A model generated the notes under the pieces. The model searched no databases, had not been told where the DNA came from, and saw only the letters and a program-made list of their open reading frames with translations. Of a stretch of 64,000 nucleotides of DNA, positions 61,681-64,000 are shown one piece after another. The DNA is from Schmidtea polychroa. Lineage: Eukaryota. Position 1 is the stretch's first letter; each line of letters starts with the position of its first letter. A program made the position numbers and the translations under genes. The DNA is taken from contig CM097885.1 in NCBI GenBank assembly GCA_044892525.1, positions 9,178,001 to 9,242,000 on the forward strand, written 5' to 3'.

Positions 61681-63539
61681 ATATTGGGAATAGTAATATG
61701 GGAAAATTGTCAATAATCATAATTGGTCATATGAATAATGAGGAGAGAAGTGGTTCCTTTAGCAATAAAAGTATTAATGAGTTCGTTTACAAGCACAATC
61801 CAAATGTTTTTATCATTGTAGTTCAACATGGATGGGTTCAGGTGGGTATGAGCTGTACTGATCATGATACAGTTGTTTGCTAACATTGTCTAACCTAAGA
61901 GTAGAGATGGGGAAAATAGACTTAGTTTTTAAAGTTTAGTATATACATATACACATATACAAACACATATACATATACACGAATATTAATATTGTTTTTG
62001 ACCATTATACAGCTGGGGATGGGGGTATTTATGTGAAATGTGAATTATACTTTTACAAGTTTAATATATATATTATATTAATTTGAATTAATATAAATAA
62101 TAATCAACCTTAAGATATAAGGGTGGATCAAGATTTTTATGGGTTATTTTGTGAAGGAAAACTACTAACTAGAATAATAACATGTTATAAATAATGAAAT
62201 TAAGTGATTATATTTAATATAAAAATGAATAGGAGCATATGTAAAGGTAGATAAAGATTGTAAATATTTATATTTCAAATGAACATTGTTAAGTAGAATA
62301 ATAATACTTTATAAGTAATAGAATTAACTGATTTGAGTTAGCCTTAGAATGAATAGCGGTATGTATAGGGTAGATCAAGATTTTACGTAATTTTTTTTAA
62401 TTGAACACTGTTAAATAGAATAACAATACTTCATAAATGAAGTATTGTTAGATTAAAAGAGTATCAATGTTTTTATAGAATAGGCATATTTTAGAATTAA
62501 TGAAATTCGTAATTTTAATCAAAGATCTTTATAAGAAGATCATTTTATTCGACAAATGGTTATAATCAGAGATAAGTGTATTGTGGCAATTTTGAGTCTG
62601 TGGATTTTCCTTCGTTTACAGATCCTAGCGATGTGTATCTCGTGTAGTTTAGATGTAACTTTAGGTATGTTATTTACTTGCGAAAAATAGTAAATTTAAC
62701 AAAAAATCTTTGCTTACTTTCGTAGCCACACTGTGCTCACTATGATAAGCCCTATTGTTATGTAAGCAATGCAGCTACAACCGAACCAAAAAGCCCGTTG
62801 TAACCGCAAATAGATCAATTTGAAACATATTTATCACCAAACTAAGTTGATCACCACGAAGTATTTTAAAGCAGATACACTACACCGTATACACAGTGCA
62901 GTCAACCGCCACTCCGGGTTGGTAAATCATTTTAATTCTTGCATTTGCAGGTTGTGGACCTCATACACTAGCATAGATGCTGGATTGATTGGGATCTCGT
63001 GTTGAAATTGTCAACAACGGGGATCTCAGTCAATTCCTCTACATCACTGATAAAGATTTGAACATAGAAAATAAAAAAATCATCTGTAAACATCATAACT
63101 CATATAGTAATGAAAATCCCTTACTTATAATCTCAGAAAAATCAAGATCAAAATTTTGGCATAAGAGTAAGCATTGAAAAGTGACGAAATGTGTTAGTTC
63201 AAATAGCTTCTGTTTGGTGTGCAAGTGTGCATTAATGCAGTAAAACAAATTCGGATTATTTTAATTCTCGAACATTGTGTTTTATATATTTTTAAACTTA
63301 ATGCTGGGTATGCGTGTTGTGTACTGACACATTTCGTCCCGTTCCTAACTTTGGGTTTAGAAATCTGTTCAAGCCCAACAATTTTTATTTCGCCTCATAT
63401 TTTTCTCAAAACTTCTTTAATTATCCCTCCAATTTATTTTTTCAATAGCATAATTGGCGCCGTTCCTCTTCCCCTAGTTAGACGCCCTGTCGCTGTCTAC
63501 TAAGTTCTAAAAAGTTCTAAATGTCATTTTATTAAATTT

Positions 63540-64000
63540 AGACGCGAAGACCATGTGCTGTACCCCTTGTGTCCATATTTTCAATAAGATAACATAGAAC
63601 TTCAATTACCGATATACATTCATCAAACTTATTTTTCACTGGCTTAACAGCAGCATAATGAGCACCAACATCCCAATGTATTCAATCAAAACATCCCATC
63701 GATGAGTGGAAGCAGCAAAAAATGAAAATATTCCTTCAAAAGTACCAAAAGTTGTAACATGAAGCATTTTCGGCCAAAGACTGTTGGCCACAAAAATTCA
63801 GTAAATGGTCCACGAACCCATTAAAAATTGCTTTCTTATTATTTATTTTCAGAATGGCCTTAACACCTCCATGGATTCCAGGCATTTTGTAGCATTTTTG
63901 TAGCCTTGAGATCTGCACATCATTATGTCAAGTCTGTCGCGTTTTACATTTGTAAGAATATCAGAAATGAGGTCATCAGTTTCTTTTCCCACTTGAAGGG
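63540..64000 (-). mobile_element. hAT transposase relic, same family as 18582-19830
   Basis: TGTGCTGTACCCCTTGTGTCCA and AACAGCAGCATAATGAGCAC are shared with 19650-19765; ORF MPGIHGGVKAILKINNKKAIF...HLLNF resembles the hAT CxxH region. Confidence 0.8.

Overview
Very AT-rich eukaryotic (animal-like) genomic DNA with many ~44-61 nt GT-AG introns. The taxon cannot be fixed from sequence alone; a triclad flatworm-like genome is only a guess. Three spliced host genes can be reconstructed exon by exon: an atypical protein disulfide isomerase (+, 20855-27538; active sites CKYS and CNYC), a mitochondrial glutamate carrier of SLC25A22/GC1 type (-, 30955-34422), and a FAM166/C10orf82-like ciliary repeat protein (-, 41195-46163). 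Most of the rest is transposon-derived: hAT relics and MITEs, a Merlin MITE, a Helitron-like element, a Gypsy/Ginger-type integrase relic, a collapsed actin-like pseudogene and long microsatellites. The most striking signal is a set of non-coding Polinton/Maverick-like elements with AGTAG...CTACT ends. Two are complete and carry perfect 6-bp TSDs (6281-15314 with 2.7-kb TIRs; 49205-57089), and three more ends are orphans (674, 1639, 59613). The two complete elements have unrelated TIR bodies but share a homologous core and a conserved TATA + palindrome + 15-bp-repeat cassette that occurs 8 times in mirror-symmetric orientation.
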